Source of the DNA: Octopus bimaculoides
Taxonomy: Eukaryota
NCBI RefSeq assembly: GCF_001194135.2
Contig: NC_068993.1
Location: 17,126,073-17,189,622 of the forward strand
Length of the DNA: 63,550 bases
Reading direction: 5' to 3'
This document shows positions 1 to 13,000 of this stretch, piece by piece. Each line of letters starts with the position of its first letter. Position 1 is the first letter of the stretch. The position numbers and the translations under genes are program-made. Under the pieces are notes generated by a model. That model ran no database searches. It worked only from the letters and a program-made list of their open reading frames with translations, and was not told the origin of the DNA.

Positions 1-1603
1 ATACTCATCCACTGAAATGCAGAGTTCGTTACCACTCACAGTGGGATCCTTCCAATATTTGGGAGGTAAGTCGGCCCTTTTTTTAAAATCTTTCTTATCT
101 TTTATTTTGTACTTGTTTCAGTCTGCGACCATACTCAGACACAACCTTGTGGGGTTTAGTCAAACAAATCAGACCCAGTACTTATTCTTAAACTTGGTAC
201 TTATTCTATCAATATCTTTCTGCTGAACCCCCAAGCTAACAGGGCCATAAACAAAGCGACACTGGTTGCCAACCAGTCTTGAAGACAAACACACACACAC
301 ACACACACATACATAAACATATACGTGACAGGCTTCTTTCAGTTTCCATCTACCAAATCCTTTCACAAAGCTTTGGTCAGCCCAGGCCTTTAGTAGAAGA
401 CACTTGCTCAAGATGCTGCACACTAGGACTGAACTTGTAGCCATGTGGTTGTGAATCCAGCTTCTTATTACATACGAAATAAATGAACCACGTTGATAAT
501 GCTGCTGCTGGTGGAAGCAGAGTAGTGGTAATGATGATGAAGTAAAGTAATTATCATTAACTACTGTAACTACTACATTTTAACAAGTCAGTATGTACAT
601 GGTCTCTCGACCTGCAGGAAATAGCAACCAAATCTCTCAACTCAAGCCCCACCATCTTGAATATAAAAAAAGTATACATTGGACAATGTAGTCCAAGACA
701 TAATTCTACTAAAAACTGGATGGTCACAATTGGAATGCCTCTGATCATAGGTCTGCTAGATCAGGGTTGACTGGATAATAAACAACAATTCTAATTTTTA
801 TCAATAGTTAAGTATCCGTGAGAGATAATTGGTATAAAGTTGTATTATTTACTGAAAAAATTATTATACATGAGATAATTAATTAATCTAAGGCTATATT
901 AAAATAATTACCAGATATTTTTTTAGCCCTAAGTCAGATCCTCTTTCATTAAACAGACATGTGTGGTGTATCTAAGACTACATTGTATGGGATAATATGA
1001 GACATTTAGCTGCTGTTTCTAACAGCTCAAGCAAGCATGCAGAAGCTGCCTTCATTTGCTTGATTCATGGCTGCAATTCCAAGCAGTGCAAGTGATACCT
1101 TGTAGAGATTCCTCTCTGATTTGCTCAGTACGTCTTTTTATTTAAAACAGCAGGGTATAGTTGAAGGGAAATTTAACTGCTATTTCTAACATTTTGGGTG
1201 ACCACATAGCAATTCCAGCATTTCACGATGTGTTTTTATCCTTGTGGATTTTAGTTGAACAAATCAACCCCAGGTCCAGTACTTATTCTATCAACCCCCT
1301 TTGCCAAACAGCTAAGTGGCAAGGGAAATAAACAAACCAGCACCAGTTGGCAAGCAGTAGCAGGGTCACTGAAGACACACATACATGCATTATGTGTGTA
1401 TGTGTATATATATATATATATATTTATATAAGGGTATTACTACAGAATAATGCCACACAACAGACTAGTAATGCCCTTATATAAATATAAACAAATAATT
1501 ATATTCTTGGGAATAGAAATTTCCCTTATGAATTTTTTTACACACTGACTTCCTGATAAAATTCTTGTAAAAGATTTTTATCCTTTTTTTGAATTTATTA
1601 ATC

Positions 1604-1646
<43 letters not shown>

Positions 1647-3515
1647 TACTCGCACACACACATACAACATACTTTTACGCAGCTTCTGTTTATCAAAGAG
1701 ATTGATCTGCCACGAAGCTATAGAAGACACATGACCAAGGTGCCATGCAGTGGGACTGAACTCAAAACCACATGACTGCAAAGAGTGAGCTTCTTAACCA
1801 CTCAGCCATGCTTGGTGGTTTTTCTTTTTTTGAGATGGTAGGATGTGTGTGTGTGTGTGTGTGAATTGTAATTATCAGAAGACTATCAGCATCAGCCGTG
1901 AGGTAAGTTGCAGAAGTCAGCCAAGATGGAAGTGACATTTAGCTGAGGAAGCAAGCAATCAGACTGTGGTATGCTTCAGTACACGGACTTAATGAGACTG
2001 GGATGGTGGGGTGGTGGGATGGAAGGACGTCAACAAGAATCTTGAGAAACAGAACCAACTGCTGTTAACTGATCCAAAGATAATTTCTTTGCTACGTCTG
2101 AAGTAAATGGTCCGGACATCTCTGTAGAGAGGAAGGGGGCAGGGTTTTTTTTTTTTTTTTTGTTTCCTCCTTATAGGTTGTTGTTGTTTAGCCCAAGGTC
2201 ATCTCTGATCCAGCAGACTTCTACGATCAAAAGCATTCCAGACATAATCATACCAATTTTTTTATTTTTATTTTTCAGACGGAGCCTGGTGTAGCCATCT
2301 GGTTTCACCAGTCCTCAGTCAAATCGTCCAACCCATGCTAGCATGGAAAGCGGACGTTAAACGATGATGATGATGATGAATATATCTAAAACTATACAAT
2401 CAAATGTATTCTTGTTTAAGATAGTAGGGTGTGGTTTGAGGGAGATTTGGCTGCTATTTCTAACCATGTAAAGAGCCCTTCTTATAGGTTTTTATAGGTA
2501 AGTGTGTGGGTATGTGTGAATATGTGTTTGTGTGTGATTATGTGAATGTGTATGTAAATATGTGTGCACAAACATACTTGTGCATTTGTGTATATATTTT
2601 ATTGTAAGAAGAGAAAGGTTGCATATAAAAGTATGTGTAGATTTTTTTATTGGAATAGTTTGGCAGGAGAGACTGTGTGCCTATGGCCTTCACATTCTCT
2701 ATGTGAGTATGTGTGTTTGTGTGTGTGTGTGTGTGTGTGTTGGTGCATATACATGTATCTGGGCACATGTGGATGCCATTTACACTTTACAAATGTTAAA
2801 ATTTTTTTTCTTTCAAGCAGAATCACCTTCACATTTTACTGCCCTAAAAGCAGGGAACTCTCTGGTTGCATTCAAGTGGTCTGCTTTTTATTATTAAATT
2901 CCCTTTTCCTACATCAACCCTTCAATCTTCCCCTTCCATTCCCAGCTTGCCCTCTTCATATTCCCCCCCCCCCTCATTATCTCCACATTGCTGCTCCACA
3001 TTTCACACACAGCGCTATGAATGAAACGTTTGAAGTACTTTGTTGTTGAATGCTGGGAATGTTGAGAACATGATGCAGGCAGGAGTTGGACAGATATTGC
3101 ATAGAATGGGCAAGAAAAAGAGATAGATTTGTACGGAAGCATGGAAGCAGGTGTGTAAGGAGCCTTCTCTGCAGCAGCTAGTTATGAAATCAAAACCTGA
3201 CAGCTCTCCTTAATTATAAATAGTAAAGGTGTAACAAAATAAGTGTAAGAACAGGAAAATATTCACTTTTTGGCAGAAAATTTAAACAACTTATAATAAT
3301 AATAATAATGAAGAGGAGAAGAAGAAGGAAGAGCTAAGCTGCAACTGACTTGGTTTGGGGGAATGATGGGAAGTTTATGAAAATATAGATGTATGGTTTA
3401 GCATTATAAAATAACATTCCTTGATGATGAGGTTTCAGTTCATTTATATGCATAATGTATCTATGTAATAGTCTGTGTGTGTGTGTGCATAAATATATAT
3501 TTATATCCATGTATA

Positions 3516-3549
<34 letters not shown>

Positions 3550-3651
3550 CATACATATATATAACTACATATGGATCATTGGCAATTTTTTTCTCCGTCT
3601 TCCTTTTCTTTTGGACTTTCCTCTGTCTCCTGTTTCTGAAGNNNNNNNNNN

Positions 3652-3684
<33 letters not shown>

Positions 3685-4117
3685 TGCATGTCTGTATTTG
3701 AGTGTCTGTGTTTGTCCCTCCCACCATCGCTTGACAACCAATTTTAGTGTGTTTACATCCCTGTAACTTAACAGTTCGGTAAAAAGAGATCGATAGAATA
3801 AGTACTAGGCTTACAAAGAATAAGTCCTGAGCTCGATTTGTTCAACTAAAGATAGTGCTCCAGCATGGCCGTGGTCAAATGACTGAAACAAATAAAAGAA
3901 TAAAAGACTATATATGTATATACACACACACGTGTGTGTGTGAATGTATGATACCATTTTAGTGTCTCATTTTCCATACTGGCAAAAGTTGGACAAGGTC
4001 TATATCTATATTGTCTTGTCTTTGAGGCCCAACATCATAAGTTCTAAACTCACTACTTTTTTCTATATTTTCCTATTTTTCTTTGATCTCACTACTTTGT
4101 ATTTATGTACATTTGTA

Positions 4118-4158
<41 letters not shown>

Positions 4159-4979
4159 ACGTAATTAAAGTGAAAAGTGTAAATGCCCCATAAACCTTAA
4201 TGTGTCAGTGTTCTTCACCAGCCTGATGACCAAAACTTGGAAATCACATTTGATCTGGAATGGTCCAGCTGAAAATTGAACCTGTACTTCAGATTTANNN
4301 NNNNNNNNNNNNNNNNNNNNNNNNNNNNNNNNNNNNNNNNNNNNNNNNNNNNNNNNNNNNNNNNNNNNNNNNNNNNNNNNNNNNNNNNNNNNNNNNNNNN
4401 NNNNNNNNNNNNNNNNNNNNNNNNNNNNNNNNNNNNNNNNNNNNNNNNNNNNNNNNNNNNNNNNNNNNNNNNNNNNNNNNNNNNNNNNNNNNNNNNNNNN
4501 NNNNNNNNNNNNNNNCATTACACACATACATACACAGTTTTTAATGAATGAAAGGATACAGATTTAGACACATGAGGAAGTGTTGTGTTTCAAGATCATT
4601 AAACTAACGTACATCACTGCAAGGGATATTAAAAAAACAAAACATTTAGTAATAATGGAGCCCCTGTTCAATTGTACAACCTGCTATAAATAGCTGTAAA
4701 ATCTCCTTCAAACCACCTCTTACTGTCTTAGAAATATTCAATAAATCAGTTCTAGATATGCACAGTTTATAAAAAAAAATTTAATCAGAAGATCACAGCC
4801 TTTCACTTGAGCCTGCTCACTTTCATGATAACTTCAGGGTTAAACAACAACAGACAGACAAACATTCAACACGGAATATGCAAATTAATTAATGTGTGTG
4901 TGTGTGTGTGTGTGTAAATGCGAATGTGATTTCACTTGAGTTCTGTTTAACTTTGTGTTTCTCTTTGTTTTATTTGTAG

Positions 4980-5133
4980 GAAAAGGATGTAAGAAGAAAA
5001 TCGTTTCTTCTTTGTGGTCTGACTCCTTACACAATGTACAATTTCAGTATATCTTGCCTGCCTCAGCTCACAGACACTAATAAACCATTCTGGAGTGACA
5101 AAACCAAGATAACTTTCAAAACACCATCAGAAG
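4980..5133 (+). CDS. Exon: C-terminal half of FN3 (cytokine-binding module) with degenerate WSxWS
   Basis: tttgtag acceptor; EKDVRRKSFLLCGLTPYTMYNFSISCLPQLTDTNKPFWSDKTKITFKTPSE; ends AG|GCAAGT (GC donor), phase 1. Confidence 0.85.
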
Positions 5134-5794
5134 GCAAGTACCATAAAGATTTATGGGAAATCTTATTGATTGTCTAGACTGTATTTTTGCGTGTGTGTAT
5201 GTGTTTTGGAGGGTATATGCATATGTTTTGTTTTATATATCATCATCATGACACGTAAAAGCACCCACTACACTCTCTGAGTGGTTGGCGTTAGGAAGGG
5301 CATCCAGCTGTAGAAACTCTGCCAAATCAGACTGGAGCCTGGTGTTGCCATCCGGTTTCACCAGTCCTCAGTCAAATCGTCCAACCCATGCTAGCATGGA
5401 AAGCGGACGTTAAACGATGATGATGATCATCATCATACAGTGTTTTAAATCTGGGTTTTATCCCCATTAACGGAGGTGACCGGATCTATCTCAGTGCCAT
5501 AGCAATCGCCCTCACACCATCTCGCCATCTTGCCCCAATTTTGGGCGTCCTCACCTCATTCCATTCGCCCTTGCCAACCATTCCACCGATTCCTCCAATC
5601 CTAGCATTCCCATCAAATCCTCAGTCCTGCTCTTACCAAACAGCTTCACCCCACACCCGCACATTTCTCTCACCATTGCTCTCTCAGTCCTTCTCAAAAT
5701 TACCATCTCTCTCTCCCTCAGACACCATGTCTCACTCCCATACAGCATTGCAGCTCTCACACAACTCTTATAGACCCTTCCTTTCATCTTTAAG

Positions 5795-5858
<64 letters not shown>

Positions 5859-7018
5859 TGTTATTCTTCTACTATTTTCAATCATTAGACTGCAGTAATG
5901 TTGGGCAGTGCTTACAAGTGTTCTGGTTAATCAAGTATATTGCCGCCTCCATACTTCGTTTGATACTTATTTTATCAATTTCTATTTATCGAATGGCAAA
6001 GTCTGCTTTTGGAGTGAAGGCTCATAACACACAAATAAAATAACACATGGTATTTTTGATGCTTTGATTCTACTATCCCTTGCAACTCACATGCATGCAC
6101 GCATACATGCACGTTTGAAAAATGGACAAGAGTTGGCAACAGGAAGAGCATCTGGTTGTAAAATGCAGACATAAATGCAATGAACAATATATATATATAT
6201 ATCTAGAGAGAGAGAGAAAGAGAAAGGTTGACAGACAGATATTTGCATGTATGTGTATAATCAGTCTTGAACAGCAAATGGATTTGGAGAGATGGCATCA
6301 TGATATTTGGCATGTCTTGGACATTTTTAGACCTGGTGGAGCCCATTCCTGTTGAAGTCTTTACCACAGCTCATCTTCTTCCAGAAAAAGGGTAGGACAA
6401 GAATTGTCCCCAACGCAGGACTGGTACTGTATTAACACCAAAAGCCCAACAGGATGAAAGATAAAGTTGTCCTCAGTGGTATTTAAACTCTGAACAATTA
6501 CTGCAAGATAATTTATCCAACAAATTGCCGTGTGTGTATGCACATACGCACACACATTCACATATGCATTGGACAGACTTCTGCACAGTTAAACTTTTCA
6601 GTCACACTGCCATGTCTGCTTTCTAACTTTTCAGTCACACTGCCATGTTTGCTTTGCTATGGCTTTGTGTTTCTCAATGTCTTTTATGAGAATGTTTATT
6701 ATAAGTATTTGTAATATCTGCAGTGTATAATGAATTTTTTTAATTTTTTTTATGAATGAATTAATTACTCTAAACCTCAACTACTACATACACACACATA
6801 TGTATGTATATGTGTGCGTGTGTGTGTATATATATATGTATATATATGTATATATATATATATATCATCATCATCATCATCATCGTTTAACGTCCGCTTT
6901 CCATGCTAGCATGGGTTGGACGATTTGACTGAGGACTGGTGAAACCGGATGGCAACACCAGGCTCCAATCTAATTTGGCAGAGTTTCTACAGCTGGATGC
7001 CCTTCCTAACGCCAACCA

Positions 7019-7065
<47 letters not shown>

Positions 7066-10000
7066 TGGAGATGCAATGGCCCAGTGGTTAGGGCAGCGGA
7101 CTCGCAGTCATAGGTTCGCGGTTTCGATTCCCAGACCGGGCGTTGTAAGTGTTTATTGAGCAAAAATACCTCAAAGCTCCACGAGTCTCCGGCAGGGGAT
7201 GGTGGCAAACCCTGCTGTACTCTTTCACCACTACAACATATTCGTAACATCTTTAACAACTTGATGATTTGTCTGAATAAGACTGAATAGTTTCATGAAG
7301 ATTTTGAGCTTATGCTCTTCATCAGAGGCTAGGAAAGAATACAAAAGTGTTGTTTGCCTGGCTGATAGTACCTTAAATAGCACCCATGAATTGTAGTCGT
7401 GGTCATTGCCAGTGTTATGTAAATGGCACCTGTACCAGTGGCATGTAAAAGTACCCATTACAAACCTAAACTGGAACCTGGTGTAGCTCATCAGTTCCAG
7501 TCAAAACATCTCACCCATGCCAGCATGGAGAGCAGACATTAGATGATGATGATGATGATGATGATGATGACTACAGAGATAATTCTTTGATTTATTTATT
7601 GATATATTTTGTTTAATTATTTCAGTTCCTGAGAAAGCACCCGCTATACCCGGTACCTATTTCAGAATGGCCCAACAGACGAACAAACACTGTTCTCAAG
7701 TTATACTGTATTGGAAAGTATGTTACCTATTGTATAAGTTATCTATGTTGACAGGTGTTATAATGAATTTAAATCTAGATTTGACTCAAACTTTATATAT
7801 GAAAATCAAAGTTGACTCTGATGATATTTCCAACTCAAAAAAACATGAAAGATTCTTAACTTAAATATTTTATCATTGGTTTCAGCCATTGGACTATGAC
7901 TATGCTGGAGTACAATATCCAAATGTTTTTAGTCAATTTAGCCACAGATCAGTCCTGATCAAGCAGACCTATTATCAAAGGTGTTTTTGCTATGATCATC
8001 CTGTTTTTTTTATATATTTAGGGCAGTGTTTCTCAACCTTTTTACCCTTGTGTAACCCTTATAATAACCCTTGTACAAAAAAATTATATACCATACCTTT
8101 CTCATATTTTTTCCCCATAGTTCACGTAGTAAATGTCATATATATTTATATATTACGATCATGAATTTAGCATTAGTTTATCTCACTCTTTCTCGTGGAA
8201 CCCCTAGGAACATTTTGTGGAACCCTGGTTGAGAAACGTTGATCTAGGGCTTTATTGTCAGATGTGCCCTACTTTTACTCCTTTCCTTCTTTTATTTTTT
8301 TTATAGATGGTAGAATGTAATTTACATTCAGAGATTTGACTAACATTTCTAAGAAAGCATGCAGCCACGTAGAGATTACCTTATTAACTTTTACATGTTT
8401 TATTTCACTTTACTGATATTGAGTTCTTCATTCTTTTAATTTTCAGAAAGTTCCTCTTCGATTTCAATATGGTAAACCTCAAGGCTTCTTGATTCAGTAC
8501 CGGCCAAAGCATGAGAACTGGATGGAAGTAGAAGTGAGACAAGGACTTGCCTCTGCAATGATTTGCCTCAGAGCTGATAAAGCCTATGAATTACGTCTTT
8601 ATGCCAGAAATGACGTTAATTTCTCTACAGGATACTCAACTCTGTTCATTGAAACTGTTGATGGAAGTAAGTTGACTTCAAGCTTAGACTTCTGTGAGAG
8701 AAGTACCTACATTCTGATATATTCAATTTACTAAATAATGATTCCTCTCACTGTGTTACTTGGTAGGAGTGACACCAAAATTCAAAATAACTGTCTATGA
8801 CCTTACTGGTAGCATCCTTGTACAGCCCTCACCAACCATTTATCCCTAGTTTCCACATTGACCACCAGATAAGGGATCAGGGGACCCTGTCAAAGGCTTT
8901 CTCTGGCTAGATATTTCTCCTGCAGTTGCCTTACCAGAAATATAGCATCAATGGTGCTTCTACCTGGCACAAAACCAAACTGCATCTTATCTAGACTAAC
9001 TCTCTACCTGTATATCTCTAGTTGACAGTTGTCAATTGTGGAACACAGCTGTCACTACATAAACCTGATGATTGCATAACACATGAAAGTACTGGTTTAT
9101 TTCAATATTGTGAAATTGTAAAGCTGTAAAAATTGCAAATAATAAAATGTGAAAATCAGACTAAGTTAGAATTTCATTGATTACTATCCTTACATTGATT
9201 AATGTCCTTACCTTTACTCCTACTTGCTCAAGTTTAAATCTCTTGAGCACTGCGAAGTGTATCCTATATGGAGAATATCTGTCTCTCATCTATAAACTAT
9301 AAATTCATATATTCATAACTGCATACATGCATCCATGCACACGTTTATATGTGGTCATTGTATCCAAGCTATAAACCCTTGTGATGTCACTGATTCCACT
9401 ATTTCTTATATTTACCATTAACCCTTTGTTATAATCCTCCATCCATTCTCCTCATTCCCACAGGTATTTCTCTAAACAACCATAAATCCCTTAAAGTCTG
9501 AAATCTTTTCCACTATTACTGCTGCCATTTATAATCACCAGGCACATATGTTTAGCTGCCATTTTTATCACCATCTTCACTATCTAAATTGCATTATGTA
9601 CCTATCATTAGCAGTATCATTCACATTTGTTTGTAAGTGTGTGACAACTTGGTCAGAACCACTACAATTCTTTCTAATTTTGACACAAGGCCAGCAGTTT
9701 TAAGGAGAAGAATCAAGTCGTTTACATCAGCCTCCAATATTTGACTGGTACTTTATTTCATCTGCCTCTAAAGGATGAAAGGCAAAGTTGATGTTGTGGC
9801 GAGAGTCATTGACACCCCTGGTCGATCAGAAGAATGGACTAGCCGAACTCTTATAAAGTGTAGTGGTCGGTAGTAGTCGGAGAGAGCATTTAGTAGTCTC
9901 TTGAAGTACATTGTGTGAACACACTGATTAAACCTCCACTGCATGGTTTATCTATACCAACCTGTGGCAAGATTTAGGCTGAGGTTGGAAAGAGACAGAA

Positions 10001-13000
10001 GAAACACTGCTAAGCATTTCTTTTGATGTGCTAACATTTCAGCCAGCTTGTTGCCTTGATTACAACTACATTATTAACACAAACGAACTAAATCCGTAAC
10101 AAGCTTTACCCATCATGGTCACCATTGTCACTATCATCATTATTCCTACCACCCTCACCATCACCACCACCACCAATATCATTTTTAATGTTTATTTTTT
10201 TTACCATGTTGACATGAATGTGGCGTATCCTCCTCCTCCTCCTCATCATCATCATCATCATGTCTGCTTTTCTATGCTGACATCAGTTGGACTGGTATAT
10301 TTCAGCACAGTCTCTCATCACTTGTTCTAATCCCTCGGCATTTTTTTTTCCATGAGGTCCAGCATCCTGTAACCAGATCTCAATACTTCTCCCCTCATCT
10401 TCTTCAGTCTTTCTCTTTTTTGCAGCCTCCTTCCACTTATATTTCCTGGCTATACTTGTAGTACTACCCAATAAATTACACCGTATATGTAACTTAGATA
10501 CAGTGCAAGTCTTGATCATGTAATAGGTGTGGCAGTATTTTATATGTCAGACAGTGTATGTAAAGTCAAAGTCAAAACAGAAATTTTGTTTGTTTTATTT
10601 TTTGTTTATTTTTTTTTTCATTCACATAAAAAGACTTCCCATCATCATCATCGTCATTGTCATTTAACTTCTGCTTTCTATGCTGGCATGGGTTTGACTG
10701 GAACTGGGAAGCCGCAGGGCTGCACCAGATTGCAGTCTTGATTTGGCATGGTTTCTACAGCTGGATACTATTCCTAATGACAACCACTCCAAGAGGGTAA
10801 TGGGTGCTTTTTATGTGCTACCAGCACGGATGCCATTTACATGACACTAGTAATGGCCACGACTATGATTTCACTTGGCTTGACGAGTCTTCTCAAACAC
10901 AGCATATTGCCAAAGCCCTTAGTCACTTATCATTGCCTCCATGAGGCCCAACATTTGAAGAGCATGCTACCGGTAACAACCTCAATCAAAAATACAGTAT
11001 CCACTTATAATTATCACATATCTTTACATACTCTATTTTGTTTCTTTTTATGCATTTTTATGTATTCTTTGAAAAAATTTGTTTTTCTTTATTATTTGCA
11101 TATAAGTCTACCTTGGAGTACTTACCTTGTGGAGGCGCAGTGGCCCAGTGGTTAGGGCAGCGGACTCACGGTCATAGGATCGTGGTTTCGATTCCCAGTC
11201 CAGGCGTTGTGAGCGTTTATTGAGCGAAAACACCTAAAGCTCCATGAGGCTCCGGCAGGGGATGGTGGCGAACCCTGCTGTACTCTTCCACCACAACTTT
11301 CTCTCACTCTTACTTCCTGTTTCTGTTGTGCCTGTAATTCAAAGGGTCAGCCTTGTCACACTGTGTCACGCTGAATATCCCCGAGAACTACGTTAAGGGT
11401 ACACGTGTCTGTGGAGTGCTCAGTCACTTGCATGTTAATTTCACGAGCAGGGTGTTCCGTTGATTAGATCAACTGGAACCCTCGATGTCGTAAGCGACAG
11501 AGTGCCAACAACAACTGGGGTACTAACCTAACAACTTTTATTTTCTTTCCACAGGACCTGGACAACCCGTAAATTTCACTGCTGAAACTCTACCAATTAA
11601 AGGGACAAGTTTATATAATTTAACATTGAGCTGGGGAAGGCCATCAATAGATGTAAAAGGACTCAAATCTTGGAGATACTTGCTCATGTGGTGCCATAAG
11701 TCATCAAACATTATTTATAACTGTGAAGTAAGTTACTGAATTTATAAATTCTATTTGTAAAGAAAAAGATTTTTAGTTTCAGTTGTATCTCAGATGGGTT
11801 GTGTGGTGGATGTGACTGAAAGGATTGAGGAAAGACTCCTTTCATCTTTGGTCAATCCCTCATTGACCTTTTTAAGTTCCCCTTAGAAAGGAAATTGCAG
11901 AGATTAAGAGGGAAGTGCTCCCTTCCTGTGAATTTGTGAAAAGATGGGTGAATGGTCCTACTCTAAGCATGCACCTATAGATTGGAGAGCATGGTCAGAG
12001 TAAACATGAATCTGTCTAGTACCTCGACTGGCCCTAGCTGGAGTGTCTCCTGTAATAGGAGGACTCTAGTATCTTATACTTTGTATAATATTATGTCATT
12101 TCACCAATTTTTCCATTTCTTCCTCCCCGTCTTTTATGTAAATCCCCACACAAGTTGTTGTCTGTCCTTGTGATGTCCCCCTCATCTATGCCCTTGTGGC
12201 TAATAAAAGAAATTGTTGTTGTTGCTATTATTATTATTATTTCATAGGACGATCCACAATGGATTCATTTACCAAATTCCACACTTGAACATTCCATGAA
12301 GGTTAAAGGTCGTTTTATGAAGAATTTAATCTTTGGACTTGCAACCAAAGCCACGTTTGCAGATGTAGAACCAAGACTAGAAGACGGTAGTAGAACTGAT
12401 TATGGGAAGAATATTAGCAGTAGCTTGGTTTGGGCTCCGTGCATATTCAGAAAAGACTGGAGTAAGTTGATCCCTTTTTTTTCTATCTCTGTAAGTCATA
12501 TTATACTTGTAAATCTGAGAGCTCAGCCTTTTTGACATTTCGTACCATAATAGGAGTGCAATTACACCTTCAGATTACACCCTTATAAGAAGGGGTGGGT
12601 ATAGGATAATGTGATACTGAGCGCATATGCCCTGAAAATGACAGTGATCGTTGCTGGAATGTCCTTTATAGGCGTGGCTGTGTGGTTAAGGAGTGTGCTT
12701 CTTAACTGCATGCTTTTAGGTTCGATCCCACTGCGTGGAAGGGAGCTTTGTACAACTACAGCCGGGCCGACAAAGACTTGTGAGTAGATTTGGTAGACAG
12801 AAACTGAGAGAAGAACGTCGTATACGTGCGCGTGTGTAAGTGCGTGCGATACTCAGGTTATAAAGGGAAAGAACTCAGCAAACTATTTACTGAATAACTT
12901 AATTTTCCAATTTCAACTTATTTTATTTTTTAATCTTTACATTTTAGTCTTGTGTTCTTTTAGGACCACAAGTCTTGTGACTGTGGCCTTAATGAAATTT

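Noticed and set aside
2562-3766. Many ORFs rich in CV, HT, YI repeats or X (here and throughout)
   Set aside because: These are translations of dinucleotide microsatellites and N gaps.
4171-4297. FN3-like peptide (CPINLNVSV...LIWNGP) as a possible upstream exon
   Set aside because: All three frames have stops before the gap, and there is no good polypyrimidine tract or donor.
6592-6657. 33-bp tandem duplication (aacttttcagtcacactgccatgt...)
   Set aside because: Ordinary slippage duplication in an intron, with no further structure.
11131-11200. tRNA-like heads of the SINE families as tRNA genes
   Set aside because: They continue directly into SINE bodies and lack a complete acceptor stem.
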